This document shows positions 17,419-25,808 of a DNA stretch of 64,000 nucleotides, piece by piece. The stretch comes from an uncultured virus (IMG/VR IMGVR_UViG_3300025357_000001) (taxonomy: Duplodnaviria > Heunggongvirae > Uroviricota > Caudoviricetes): the IMG/VR virus record IMGVR_UViG_3300025357_000001. The stretch is one strand, 5' to 3'. Position numbers and translations under genes: made by a program. Each line of letters starts with the position of its first letter. Positions within the stretch are counted from its first letter, which is position 1. Below the pieces are notes generated by a model. It was given only the letters and a program-made list of their open reading frames with translations. It made no database searches and had not been told where the DNA came from.

Positions 17419-20279
17419 TATTGTTCCTCAGTGGGTGGTTGTTGTTGTTGTTGTTGCTGCTGTTGTGCTGCTTGTTGTTGCTGAACCATTTGCTGTCCGT
17501 GTTGCTGGGCAGCTTGTTGCATTTGTTGTGCATGTTGCTGCTGTGCTAAACGGGCTTGTTGTTGCGCTTGAAGTTGAGACTGCACTTGTTGTGCTTGTTG
17601 CTCAAATGCTTGCTGTTCTACTGCGATGCCATGCTGGCGAATATCTTGTTCGGAAGCTTGGATAGCTTGGAACGCGCTCATGTCTTGCTCATGTTCCAAC
17701 GCAGCTTGCTGTTGATCAAAAGCAGCGCCAGCGGTGATTTGTGCAACACGCTCTCTTGCAGCATTGTTGATGTTAGCCATCGCAATTTGAGTTGCATTAC
17801 GTTGGTTATCAATGTTGGTTTGAGTCTGGTATTTAGCCTGTAACTCTTGAACTTTTTGTTGCAATTCAGCAATCTTGATCTGATAATTCTGTTTATCTTG
17901 TTGCGCTTCCAGCTGCATACGGGCTTGTGATTCTGCCTGTTTGCGTTGTGTCTCAGCCAATTGTGTTTTAAGTAATACCTGAGCAGTTGGATCGTTAGAA
18001 GCAATTTGCTGTTGTTGTGCTTGTTGGGCTTGTGCCACTTTTTGTGCCAACATCTGGATTTGTTGTACATATGGCTGCATCGTCATTTGAGAGTCTTGAT
18101 CGACTAATTGAGATGCCAATGCCAAAGCTTGTTGGGCTTCGAGATTTAGTGGTTTTTCTTGGTGCAGATCAAGTACATCTTTTCCACCAGATGCTTGCGC
18201 CACGTATGAACGCATAGATTGCAAATAGTGTAGTGTTAAGTGTTGCTTGATATGCTCTAAAGCATGAGGTGCAAAAGCAGGGCCAATAACAGGGTTGCCG
18301 CCGTAAGCTGGATTATTCGCATACTCTAAGTGAACTTTGATGTGAGCAATATGGTCTTGATCTGGGTAGGCAGCGGCTGGGCGACCCATAGTCATCGCCA
18401 CGTTCTCCAACGCTGGGTTGGATTCTGCCGCGCCTAGAGGATTAGGCAATACTTCATCAATTGCTGGCACTTTCATTTGCTGCATGACACGGCGATAGAT
18501 TGCGCGCATGTCAAACATACCGGGAGGGGCGCCAGCTGCCATTTGTAACAACGCTTGGTTTTGTGCCAAACGTTGTGTTTCAGAAAAGATGTTAGGATCG
18601 GATACAGGGCGAATATCTGAGTTATACGCAAAGTCGCGTACCTCAATCTCTTCACCAGATTCGTTGTCCATTTCATCTAAGTACCAATGATTTATACGAG
18701 AAATAATGGCCAGTGATTTGGCTTGGCTACGATGTAGGCGAGCGTGGATGCTAGAGAATACTTTAGCGCCTTGCTCGATCAGAGCTTGGGTTGTGCCAAC
18801 TGGTGTGTTGGCATTAGCGTCAGCAATCTTTTCTTCTGATGTGGTGACTACGCCTTTTGCTTCATTGGTTAACCAGCCTAGTAATTCCATCAACACGCCA
18901 GAGGGCGCGTTAAATGGCATCGGCATAGCAATCTTACGTACATCATCGACGCCCGGAGCGCCTTCAATTTCAATTACTTGAGTGGGTTCAATTCTGTCGC
19001 TTTGGCCACCAATTCGTCCACCTTTGAGCTTAAGCATCGTCTGGCTGTTGTTGATATGAGCAGCGTCCAACAAAGCCCGTAGAGCACCAGTGAGAGCAGC
19101 AGCGAGGCCGCCAATAAGATGGGGAAGGCCAATAGCATAAGCACCCCGCCAAGGAATGAACTTGAACTCAACATACCAATCCAATTTTTCGAGCTTCTCA
19201 TCATTCGCTTCCCAGTTGCGATATAGTGCCAATACTTTACTTGTTGTTTCATCAATAGTTAGAATGTATGGTGCCCTACGACCATCGGTCAAAGGATCAT
19301 CTTCTAAACGGATAAAGCAAGTAATCTCATAAATACGACGCAAGCCATCAATGTTCTTCGATGGCATATCTTTGCCTTCGATCTTATTGTTGGCTTTTTC
19401 AGAACGGGTCTGATCGTTTAGTGGTGCATCTGAAGAATACTGCGAATTAATATCGATGTAAATACCCTGCTCGACACGTTGCAAAAATGTATCTTCGGTG
19501 ATGTCTTGCACCTCGGTTACGCGAGATGCTGTATAGAAATTGGTTGATGAGTACGGCAACAAAATGTTGTCGATTGGTACCCATTCGCATGTTGGGCGAC
19601 GTTGTTCTGCGTCATAGCGCCATTTGAGGAACTGTGAACCGCCTAGTGGTAGTTGGGTGAGCAGCTGCTCCATTTCATCACGAAACTCTGGCACTTGCTC
19701 AGTGAGCTGCCAGTTCATGAAGTTGACTTTACGCTCGGCTGCGTTTTCTTTTACTTGATCAGCTTGGCCCTTAATGTTAGACTTAACGATGCCTTCTGGT
19801 GGTAGTAATTCTTTAGATGAGGATGCTGCAAAGTCAACGCAAGCTTCTGCCATGACAGGGTGCACCACTTTAGAGGCGCCATCAAACGTGGCACCACCGG
19901 GCGCGTCTTTACCTAAGCCAGTGCGGCGTAGTCCTTCTTCATACTGTTTGTCACGCTGGGCGCGAGACTCACGGTCCACATCAATGTAATCCAAAAACTC
20001 AATGGCCAATGCGTCCAATGTGCCTTCATCAAACACCTCTGCCAAGTTCTGGTAAAACTCAGGATCTTCTTGCGGACCTTTGGTTTCCTTCAAATTAATG
20101 ACAACGGAACCATCATCCAATTCAATCACTTCTTGTTCAGCGGACTCTGGATCTAAATCAAACTCTTCCTCAAATCCTTCGAGTTGATCATTTTGATCTG
20201 ACATCTGATCAATTTCGTTTTCTTTATCCAAGGCCGGAAGATTACCGCCAGCTTGAATTGGAATCTGTGGTTGTGCCAT
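17418..20279 (-). CDS. portal protein with Gln-rich C-terminal extension
   Basis: 953 aa downstream of terL; VVHPVMAEACVDF and NTPVGTTQALIEQG motifs; poly-Q tail. Confidence 0.8.
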   Translation of the reverse strand: MAQPQIPIQAGGNLPALDKENEIDQMSDQNDQLEGFEEEFDLDPESAEQEVIELDDGSVVINLKETKGPQEDPEFYQNLAEVFDEGTLDALAIEFLDYIDVDRESRAQRDKQYEEGLRRTGLGKDAPGGATFDGASKVVHPVMAEACVDFAASSSKELLPPEGIVKSNIKGQADQVKENAAERKVNFMNWQLTEQVPEFRDEMEQLLTQLPLGGSQFLKWRYDAEQRRPTCEWVPIDNILLPYSSTNFYTASRVTEVQDITEDTFLQRVEQGIYIDINSQYSSDAPLNDQTRSEKANNKIEGKDMPSKNIDGLRRIYEITCFIRLEDDPLTDGRRAPYILTIDETTSKVLALYRNWEANDEKLEKLDWYVEFKFIPWRGAYAIGLPHLIGGLAAALTGALRALLDAAHINNSQTMLKLKGGRIGGQSDRIEPTQVIEIEGAPGVDDVRKIAMPMPFNAPSGVLMELLGWLTNEAKGVVTTSEEKIADANANTPVGTTQALIEQGAKVFSSIHARLHRSQAKSLAIISRINHWYLDEMDNESGEEIEVRDFAYNSDIRPVSDPNIFSETQRLAQNQALLQMAAGAPPGMFDMRAIYRRVMQQMKVPAIDEVLPNPLGAAESNPALENVAMTMGRPAAAYPDQDHIAHIKVHLEYANNPAYGGNPVIGPAFAPHALEHIKQHLTLHYLQSMRSYVAQASGGKDVLDLHQEKPLNLEAQQALALASQLVDQDSQMTMQPYVQQIQMLAQKVAQAQQAQQQQIASNDPTAQVLLKTQLAETQRKQAESQARMQLEAQQDKQNYQIKIAELQQKVQELQAKYQTQTNIDNQRNATQIAMANINNAARERVAQITAGAAFDQQQAALEHEQDMSAFQAIQASEQDIRQHGIAVEQQAFEQQAQQVQSQLQAQQQARLAQQQHAQQMQQAAQQHGQQMVQQQQAAQQQQQQQQQPPTEEQ

Positions 20280-20575
20280 TATTCGCTATCGCTTTGCTTG
20301 TTTTTGAAATGCTCATGTGCTACCCGTGCGCCTTCGCACATGGCCAAAATAATCTTTTCGTGATGCTGCTGTTTGTCTGGGCTAGTGTGCTCTTCAATCA
20401 ACGCGCGCATCATCTTTGGTGTCATCTTTTTGCCCTTACCACCTTTTGCCAAATGCGGCACCATACCCGCGTTTTGCAACATTGCTTGACGGGGAGTTTT
20501 TACCATGCCGGGAGTAGCTGGCAGTGCGCCAGCTTTCTCAAGCACCATTTGACGGGGAGTTTTGATAAGGTTCAT
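20279..20575 (-). CDS. hypothetical virion-associated protein
   Basis: internal duplication KTPRQ(M/A); HLAKGG motif; follows a late promoter. Confidence 0.55.
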   Translation of the reverse strand: MNLIKTPRQMVLEKAGALPATPGMVKTPRQAMLQNAGMVPHLAKGGKGKKMTPKMMRALIEEHTSPDKQQHHEKIILAMCEGARVAHEHFKNKQSDSE

Positions 20576-20576
20576 C

Positions 20577-20613
20577 TATTTATACTAATGCACAAAGGTT
20601 ATATTTTTCGCCC
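20577..20613 (-). promoter_or_regulatory. phage late-class promoter
   Basis: GGGCG 20613-20609, N16, TGCATTA 20592-20586, then GTAT. Confidence 0.75.
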
Positions 20614-22058
20614 TACTGCATGTAGGGGTTGACGAATTTTTTGCCGTAGATATCATCCACGTAGCTATAGTCGCGTGGTGGCAGTGGGTCTAGTTGCAAC
20701 CAGCCGGAGTCTCGCAAAACGCGTAATGCTTGAGACAAAGAGTCCACGTAATCATCATGCCCACCCGCTTCAGGAAACGAACACACTTGACGTAAAAACC
20801 GTTTTGTCCAATCTGCAAAGTCGCCTTTTTGTTTAGGATCTTCTGGGATCCACACTTTGCCCTTAGACACCAGAGGTGCCACGATGTTTAGGCGCTGCAC
20901 TTTGTCCGCGCGCCCGGGGTTATATCCACGTACCGGTACACCAGCACCTTGGAGTTCTTGGATCAGGGAAATACCAGCGGACTTATCTTCCATAAGTAAC
21001 AGGTCCGCTTTTCGTCCTTTACCAAAATCGTTGTCCGCACCGTACACCACCTCTTTAAAGTCGTCGATTACTTTGCGTCGCAATTCTGGATAGGACAGAT
21101 GTGCATCCCAAGAGTCTAGCAGTATGACCGCGGTGCCGGCGTCTTCTTGTTCAAACACGCCCCATACTGTACAAGCAGTGGGGTCGTTCATGGTCTTTTC
21201 GCTGGTAGCCGGATCGTAACTGGCAATCACGTATTCAAGGTTTGGCGTAGGTTTAGATGCAGGCCACATGCGAAACTGTTTGCGTTTGATGATACCAGCT
21301 GACTCTGGGTCAAGGATCTCACCATAGATCTCTTGCCTGCCAATGTCGGTGCCATCGTAAGTCTCAAGCTGTTTGAAGAACGTGGCTGATAAGTTTTCTT
21401 TATTATCGTACGAGCTGGCATTAACCACGTACACATCGCCACCAACTTTACCTTCGTTAAGGTCTACAATTAATTCTTTTGGCTTGGGGGTGGTGGTAAT
21501 GATTTGCTGGACTCGCGGGATTCGCGGGTCTTTAAGGCGCAACGTGAACTGGACGCCATCGTATGCCTCGTCGAGGTACTCGAAGGCGCACAGCTCATCA
21601 AACCACGCCCCGTGGTATTGCTTACCGCGGTACCGTTCTGGCTCTGAGGCTGGGATGCCTTGGATGATGGAGCCATTGGTAAGGGTAATTTCGAAGAGGG
21701 ATTTGTTGTAGTCCCGGATAAGGCTGGGTGGGATGATATTAAGGAGTCCTGAATCGCCTTCGAAGCAGGTGGCTCGGATGTCGTTTGACGTAGGAGCTGT
21801 GACAAGCCAGCGGGTTCCGCCGTAGACCCAAGCCCTAATACCAATCCAGTGACTAGCAGTGTGCGTCTTGCCAGACCCGCGGCCTGCAAGCATAAGGAAC
21901 GTATCATATTCTCCATCTTCTGGTTCTCGTTGATGTGGTAGTGCTTGGAGGGACCATTTGATTCTCCATAGCGCCGCTTCAAGTTCGGCTTTAGGCCAGT
22001 GGGCCCGAGCTGCGGCAAACTTCTTTAAAGTCTGCTCTTGGTGTGGTGTTAAAGGCAT
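20613..22058 (-). CDS. terL: terminase large subunit
   Basis: Walker A AGRGSGKT, Walker B AWFDE, TTTP coupling motif, RNase H-like SYDPA...HDDYVD. Confidence 0.93.
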   Translation of the reverse strand: MPLTPHQEQTLKKFAAARAHWPKAELEAALWRIKWSLQALPHQREPEDGEYDTFLMLAGRGSGKTHTASHWIGIRAWVYGGTRWLVTAPTSNDIRATCFEGDSGLLNIIPPSLIRDYNKSLFEITLTNGSIIQGIPASEPERYRGKQYHGAWFDELCAFEYLDEAYDGVQFTLRLKDPRIPRVQQIITTTPKPKELIVDLNEGKVGGDVYVVNASSYDNKENLSATFFKQLETYDGTDIGRQEIYGEILDPESAGIIKRKQFRMWPASKPTPNLEYVIASYDPATSEKTMNDPTACTVWGVFEQEDAGTAVILLDSWDAHLSYPELRRKVIDDFKEVVYGADNDFGKGRKADLLLMEDKSAGISLIQELQGAGVPVRGYNPGRADKVQRLNIVAPLVSKGKVWIPEDPKQKGDFADWTKRFLRQVCSFPEAGGHDDYVDSLSQALRVLRDSGWLQLDPLPPRDYSYVDDIYGKKFVNPYMQ

Positions 22059-23032
22059 GAGATAAATCCTTCTCCAACAAGGATCGTATTGTCTTTATTT
22101 TCGGTCTCAATATGGATGCACAGTTGCGGTGCAATCTTTTCAATTGATTTAATGAAACGTCTGGCTTGGTGAACCTTTACAGGAGGCGAGACTTGGTTTC
22201 CAATCAATTTGAGCCGGCTTCTAAAATATAATGTGTAGTATTTGTAGTGGTTGTCATAATAGACTTTACTACGCATTCCCAAAGATTCCACCAATTGCTG
22301 GAGCTGTGAGATATTACTACGATTATAATCGGTAATTCGAAATGTGTCTTTGCTCACCGAATACTGCCTAGATTTGGCGTGGATAACTCCAGACAAAAAT
22401 TCCAAGCGTTGTTCAGCCGAGGAGAGCAAATAGTTGGTGGGGATGTTGGGCGCCAAAATTTGGGAATGAATTGCTGGCTCAACTTGAAACGGACGATCCC
22501 CTCTGGTATTCTTTTTAAAATCAATAATCTTGTAGCCGTGGTCTTTGAACTTGGCCCGAATGATTTCTGATAGCCCTTTTGGCTCGACCATGGTTCTGTG
22601 TTTGCCTTTGTTAAAATACCAAAAACCAAACAAGAACGGCGGTACCGGTAAATCTTGGTGGGGGAACTCCAAGGGTTTTGATGTTGGCACAGAAAACTCT
22701 AAGCGGTCGTATTTGCCAATTAAGGGGTGGGACTCCAAGGTTTCCACACGCATCGGCTTTAGCGGCCTTCTGAACTTTTTCTTGCCTTTGTATTCGTGGG
22801 TTCTTTTTCGGTACTTAGGCGTCTCTACTGGAAACCCAAGCTTACCATCGCCAGATACGGCTAAGTTGTCATTAAAGATGACGGTGTTGCATTTAGCGGG
22901 AAAGTATTCTTGAATTAGCTTAATGCGGACAGGTTTGCCTTCCCTGTCAAATACGTAGTCGCCAACACGCAATTGGTTGGCGCTTTTCCAATAATCAAGT
23001 GTTAATACTTTTTCTTTTGCTAGTATAGCCAT
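22049..23032 (-). CDS. free-standing degenerate intein-like protein (Hint plus LAGLIDADG folds)
   Basis: block-A-like start (W...QLRVGDYVFDREGKPVRI), two LAGLIDADG-position helices (LPVPPFLFGFWY; RLEFLSGVIH), intein-type C-terminus (LCIHIE...ILVGEGFISCL); no exteins. Confidence 0.7.
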   Translation of the reverse strand: MAILAKEKVLTLDYWKSANQLRVGDYVFDREGKPVRIKLIQEYFPAKCNTVIFNDNLAVSGDGKLGFPVETPKYRKRTHEYKGKKKFRRPLKPMRVETLESHPLIGKYDRLEFSVPTSKPLEFPHQDLPVPPFLFGFWYFNKGKHRTMVEPKGLSEIIRAKFKDHGYKIIDFKKNTRGDRPFQVEPAIHSQILAPNIPTNYLLSSAEQRLEFLSGVIHAKSRQYSVSKDTFRITDYNRSNISQLQQLVESLGMRSKVYYDNHYKYYTLYFRSRLKLIGNQVSPPVKVHQARRFIKSIEKIAPQLCIHIETENKDNTILVGEGFISCL

Positions 23033-23300
23033 AAAAGTTTTCGAGGACCCATTGGTCCAACCAGCGCCCTAACGGCGCCCGAATACGGTTTTCAATTTTG
23101 TGTGGGAGTTTGCGAATGTCGACCACTTCTGACACTTTTAAGCGAAACTCCAGATATTTTGCGGTTTCATGGTCCAGCACTTCGGCTGGCACATCTACGC
23201 AATCCATATGATTTGCATCACATACAATAACACGCAAACCAAGAAAATTCCTAGCCGAGTCTTCCAAGGCTCCTTTGATTTGGTATGCGTAATTACTCAT
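22995..23300 (-). CDS. hypothetical protein, probably leaderless mRNA
   Basis: likely start MSNYAY at 23300, the predicted +1 of the upstream promoter. Confidence 0.6.
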   Translation of the reverse strand: MSNYAYQIKGALEDSARNFLGLRVIVCDANHMDCVDVPAEVLDHETAKYLEFRLKVSEVVDIRKLPHKIENRIRAPLGRWLDQWVLENFYGYTSKRKSINT

Positions 23301-23336
23301 AACTATACTAATGCACAAATTCCAATATAAGAGCCC
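23300..23336 (-). promoter_or_regulatory. phage late-class promoter (GGGCT variant)
   Basis: GGGCT 23336-23332, N16, TGCATTA 23315-23309, then GTAT. Confidence 0.7.
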
Positions 23337-23349
23337 ATTTACGAAAAAT

Positions 23350-23558
23350 TGACAGGGTTGACAGGGTTGACAGGGTCTATTCCAGTTTACCCCCCGATGT
23401 AAACATATTTTTTTTAAAAGTTTTTTTAAAAAGAAGAATAAAGGGTGACTACCCTGTCAATCCTGTCAATCAAGGACTTACGAGCGATACCTCAACGAAC
23501 AATCAAGGACTTACGAGCGATACTTAAGAAAAAAATTGACAGGGTTGACAGGGTACGA
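23350..23558. repeat. iteron-type origin-like element, copy 1
   Basis: tandem TGACAGGGT repeats, AT-rich tract, inverted CCCTGTCA/TCCTGTCA repeats, then more TGACAGGGT; near-duplicate at 30300. Confidence 0.7.
23468..23523 (+). promoter_or_regulatory. direct repeat carrying two IHF consensus sites
   Basis: AATCAAGGACTTACGAGCGATAC twice (23468, 23501); AATCAAGGACTTA matches WATCAANNNNTTR. Confidence 0.65.
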
Positions 23559-23725
23559 TTTTTTACTGAGACAAAAACCTGCAAAATTCTAAAAAAAAAT
23601 TTTAGAAATTGACTTTTTTTAAGAAACAGGGGGTGTATAAAAAACTTGAGCTTTGTGGGGCCCCCCACCTCGCACCCTCCCAGAGTGTCTTAAAAGGGGG
23701 ATGCCTCTCAATCAAAATGCCCCTA

Positions 23726-23913
23726 TGCACCACATTGGTGCATTAAGTGAGTGTCTGCTCACCTATTAGGTAAGTAAGCATTCACTCACATCGCGCAGTT
23801 GGACAATGCACCACATTGGTGCATAGGTGAAGTAAGCACTCACTCACTTAGGCAGACAGGCAGACAGACGATGCACCACATTGGTGCATTGGGGCGCGCA
23901 CCATGTTGGTGCA
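23726..23913. promoter_or_regulatory. cluster of four NtrC-like boxes interleaved with SlmA-like sites
   Basis: TGCACCACATTGGTGCA at 23726, 23807, 23872; CGCACCATGTTGGTGCA at 23897; GTAAGCATTCAC 23774; GTAAGCACTCAC 23832. Confidence 0.65.
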
Positions 23914-24087
23914 TTGGCAGACTGATAGATGAGCCTATGAGATGCGCGATCATCGTGGCATCGTGGCGCATCAACTCATCAACGATCGCTCAATGTGGCG
24001 CGATCTGATAAGCCTATGAGCCAATGCGCGCGCGAATGTAGGTGTGGCGATGTGGCGATATCAAAGCACAATATCGGAAAACACAAT

Positions 24088-24122
24088 CCCCACGATCCCC
24101 ACAATCTCCCACGATCTCCCAC
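24088..24122 (-). repeat. GTGGG direct repeats (MraZ-box-like)
   Basis: CCCAC on + strand at 24089, 24098, 24108, 24118 (9/10/10 bp spacing). Confidence 0.5.
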
Positions 24123-24253
24123 AATGCGCGATCCAATTAAATGCGCCATATTAGGGTATATCCCTATATAGATTAGTGAAATTTTGCTTTATTTGAGTTT
24201 AAGATCGTGAGTGATGGCATTGTGCCATCAATTACTTATTGAAAGGAATTACC

Positions 24254-24373
24254 ATGAATTATCCAATAGTCACGATGCTTAAATACGATGGATTGATCCT
24301 CCAATATCTTAGGAATGGCGATCAACTCATGCTCATCAAAAAGCCTTATAAATCAATCAACTTGGAGGCATAA
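24254..24373 (+). CDS. small early protein (39 aa)
   Basis: GAAAGGA RBS; reads MNYPIVTMLKYDG...; not in ORF track. Confidence 0.45.
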   Translation: MNYPIVTMLKYDGLILQYLRNGDQLMLIKKPYKSINLEA

Positions 24374-24377
24374 CACC

Positions 24378-25793
24378 ATGACAATCAATGCACCATTATT
24401 GCAGTATTGGAACTCAATCCTCCCTGACTCATCAGGATCAAAGGCAATCCAATTCAGATTACATTTAAAAGATCAATATTCCCCATCAGCAAGGCGCGAT
24501 CGTCTTAATAATATGTATCGCACGATCCCATCATCTTTTGGCTCAACTCGCGCAGAAGTGAAAGCAACTCTTAAATTGATTGGCGCTAAATTGGCAGAGT
24601 TTAAGAGCGCTGGCGATGATGATGGCGCGATGGAATGGGTAAACACTTACCAGACTAAATGGCGCGATCATTTTGATAGTGCTGAGATTTTTGAGATGCT
24701 TTTCAATCGTTATTATTTTATATGCAACGATTGTAATGCACTTGAAGATCAGGATCGTGGAGGCACTTGCTATGATGACTATCAAGTGTGCGAATCATGC
24801 CTTAATGATGGATATCGTTGGAGCGATAATCGTGACACCTATATCACTCACGATGATTGGCATGAAGAAAATGATGACTATGAGGATGATGAGGAAGGCG
24901 ATTCATTCATTGGCTCATATCACTCAAGCAAAAAGCAATTAGGCAAAATTCCATCATCATTCGATCACCATAAAAAGCCTATTTATTTAGGCTTAGAATT
25001 AGAGATGGAGATAAAAGATGACTATTCTAGGAATGATAAGGCAGAGCAGTTATTGGATGCTTTAGGTGTCGCGCAGATTGATGGCAAAAATTATCAATAT
25101 GCTTTATGCGAAGGCGATGGATCATTGAATTATGGATTCGAGATGGTGACAGGATATACAGGCTTAGATACTCATGCCAAGCAACTCGAATTTTTTAAGA
25201 CACCATTTAGAGGCGCAAAAAGCCATGACACTCGCACTTGTGGTCTTCATGTGCATATCTGCAAAAGTGATATGACTATGCTCCATTGTGCCAAAATGAT
25301 CCTTTTTATCAATGAATCTGCCAATCAAAAATTGATCAGGGCAATAGCGCGCAGAGATGGACAACACTATGCCAAAATTCACAATAAAAAGGCATCTTAT
25401 GAATGGCTCAAAAATGCAAAAGATGGCTCTAAAGCATCTAGGATTCAGAGATTAAATAGTGATCGCTATGAGGCATTGAATTTTCAAAATGAGAAAACCA
25501 TTGAATTTAGGATTTTTAAGGGAACTCTGAAATATGAATCCATCATGGCATCCCTTGAGTTTACCTATGCGACATGGCACTTTTGCAGGGATACAGGCAC
25601 GAATGATCTCACCATCGAGAAATTTTTAGAATTTATCTCGATGGCAGAGAATAAAAAGCACACTCGCTTTTTGCGCCAATATCTCAAGGAAAAGGGTTTT
25701 AATCTGCCAAAAATGGGGATTGTGAAAACCAATCCACGAATCGAAAATGCCTCCATTCAATCAATGGATCAACTCGCAACATTTGAAATTTAA
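24378..25793 (+). CDS. amidoligase (COOH-NH2 ligase, Amidoligase_2-like)
   Basis: LGLELEME, DGSL...GFEMVT, TCGLHVHI, RYEALN...TIEFRIFKGTL; start after GGAGG RBS at 24378; N-terminal CxxC pairs. Confidence 0.85.
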   Translation: MTINAPLLQYWNSILPDSSGSKAIQFRLHLKDQYSPSARRDRLNNMYRTIPSSFGSTRAEVKATLKLIGAKLAEFKSAGDDDGAMEWVNTYQTKWRDHFDSAEIFEMLFNRYYFICNDCNALEDQDRGGTCYDDYQVCESCLNDGYRWSDNRDTYITHDDWHEENDDYEDDEEGDSFIGSYHSSKKQLGKIPSSFDHHKKPIYLGLELEMEIKDDYSRNDKAEQLLDALGVAQIDGKNYQYALCEGDGSLNYGFEMVTGYTGLDTHAKQLEFFKTPFRGAKSHDTRTCGLHVHICKSDMTMLHCAKMILFINESANQKLIRAIARRDGQHYAKIHNKKASYEWLKNAKDGSKASRIQRLNSDRYEALNFQNEKTIEFRIFKGTLKYESIMASLEFTYATWHFCRDTGTNDLTIEKFLEFISMAENKKHTRFLRQYLKEKGFNLPKMGIVKTNPRIENASIQSMDQLATFEI

Positions 25794-25808
25794 AAAGGAA
25801 AATTTATC

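Noticed and set aside
17418..17700. CAA/CAG-rich tract as a separate DNA repeat element
   Set aside because: Explained by the Gln-rich coiled-coil tail of the portal protein
23726..23913. Repeated 17 bp palindromes as a mini CRISPR array
   Set aside because: Repeats are too short, spacing is irregular (81, 65, 25 bp) and spacers contain other repeated motifs; protein-binding sites fit better
23799..24008. 69 aa ORF in the repeat zone
   Set aside because: Its peptide repeats simply translate the DNA palindromes; no convincing RBS
24053..24068. Sigma54 promoter (TGGC-N-AAGCA, GG-N10-GC) for the NtrC boxes
   Set aside because: Only the minimal dinucleotides match; the -12 element lacks TTGC and TGGC is very frequent locally
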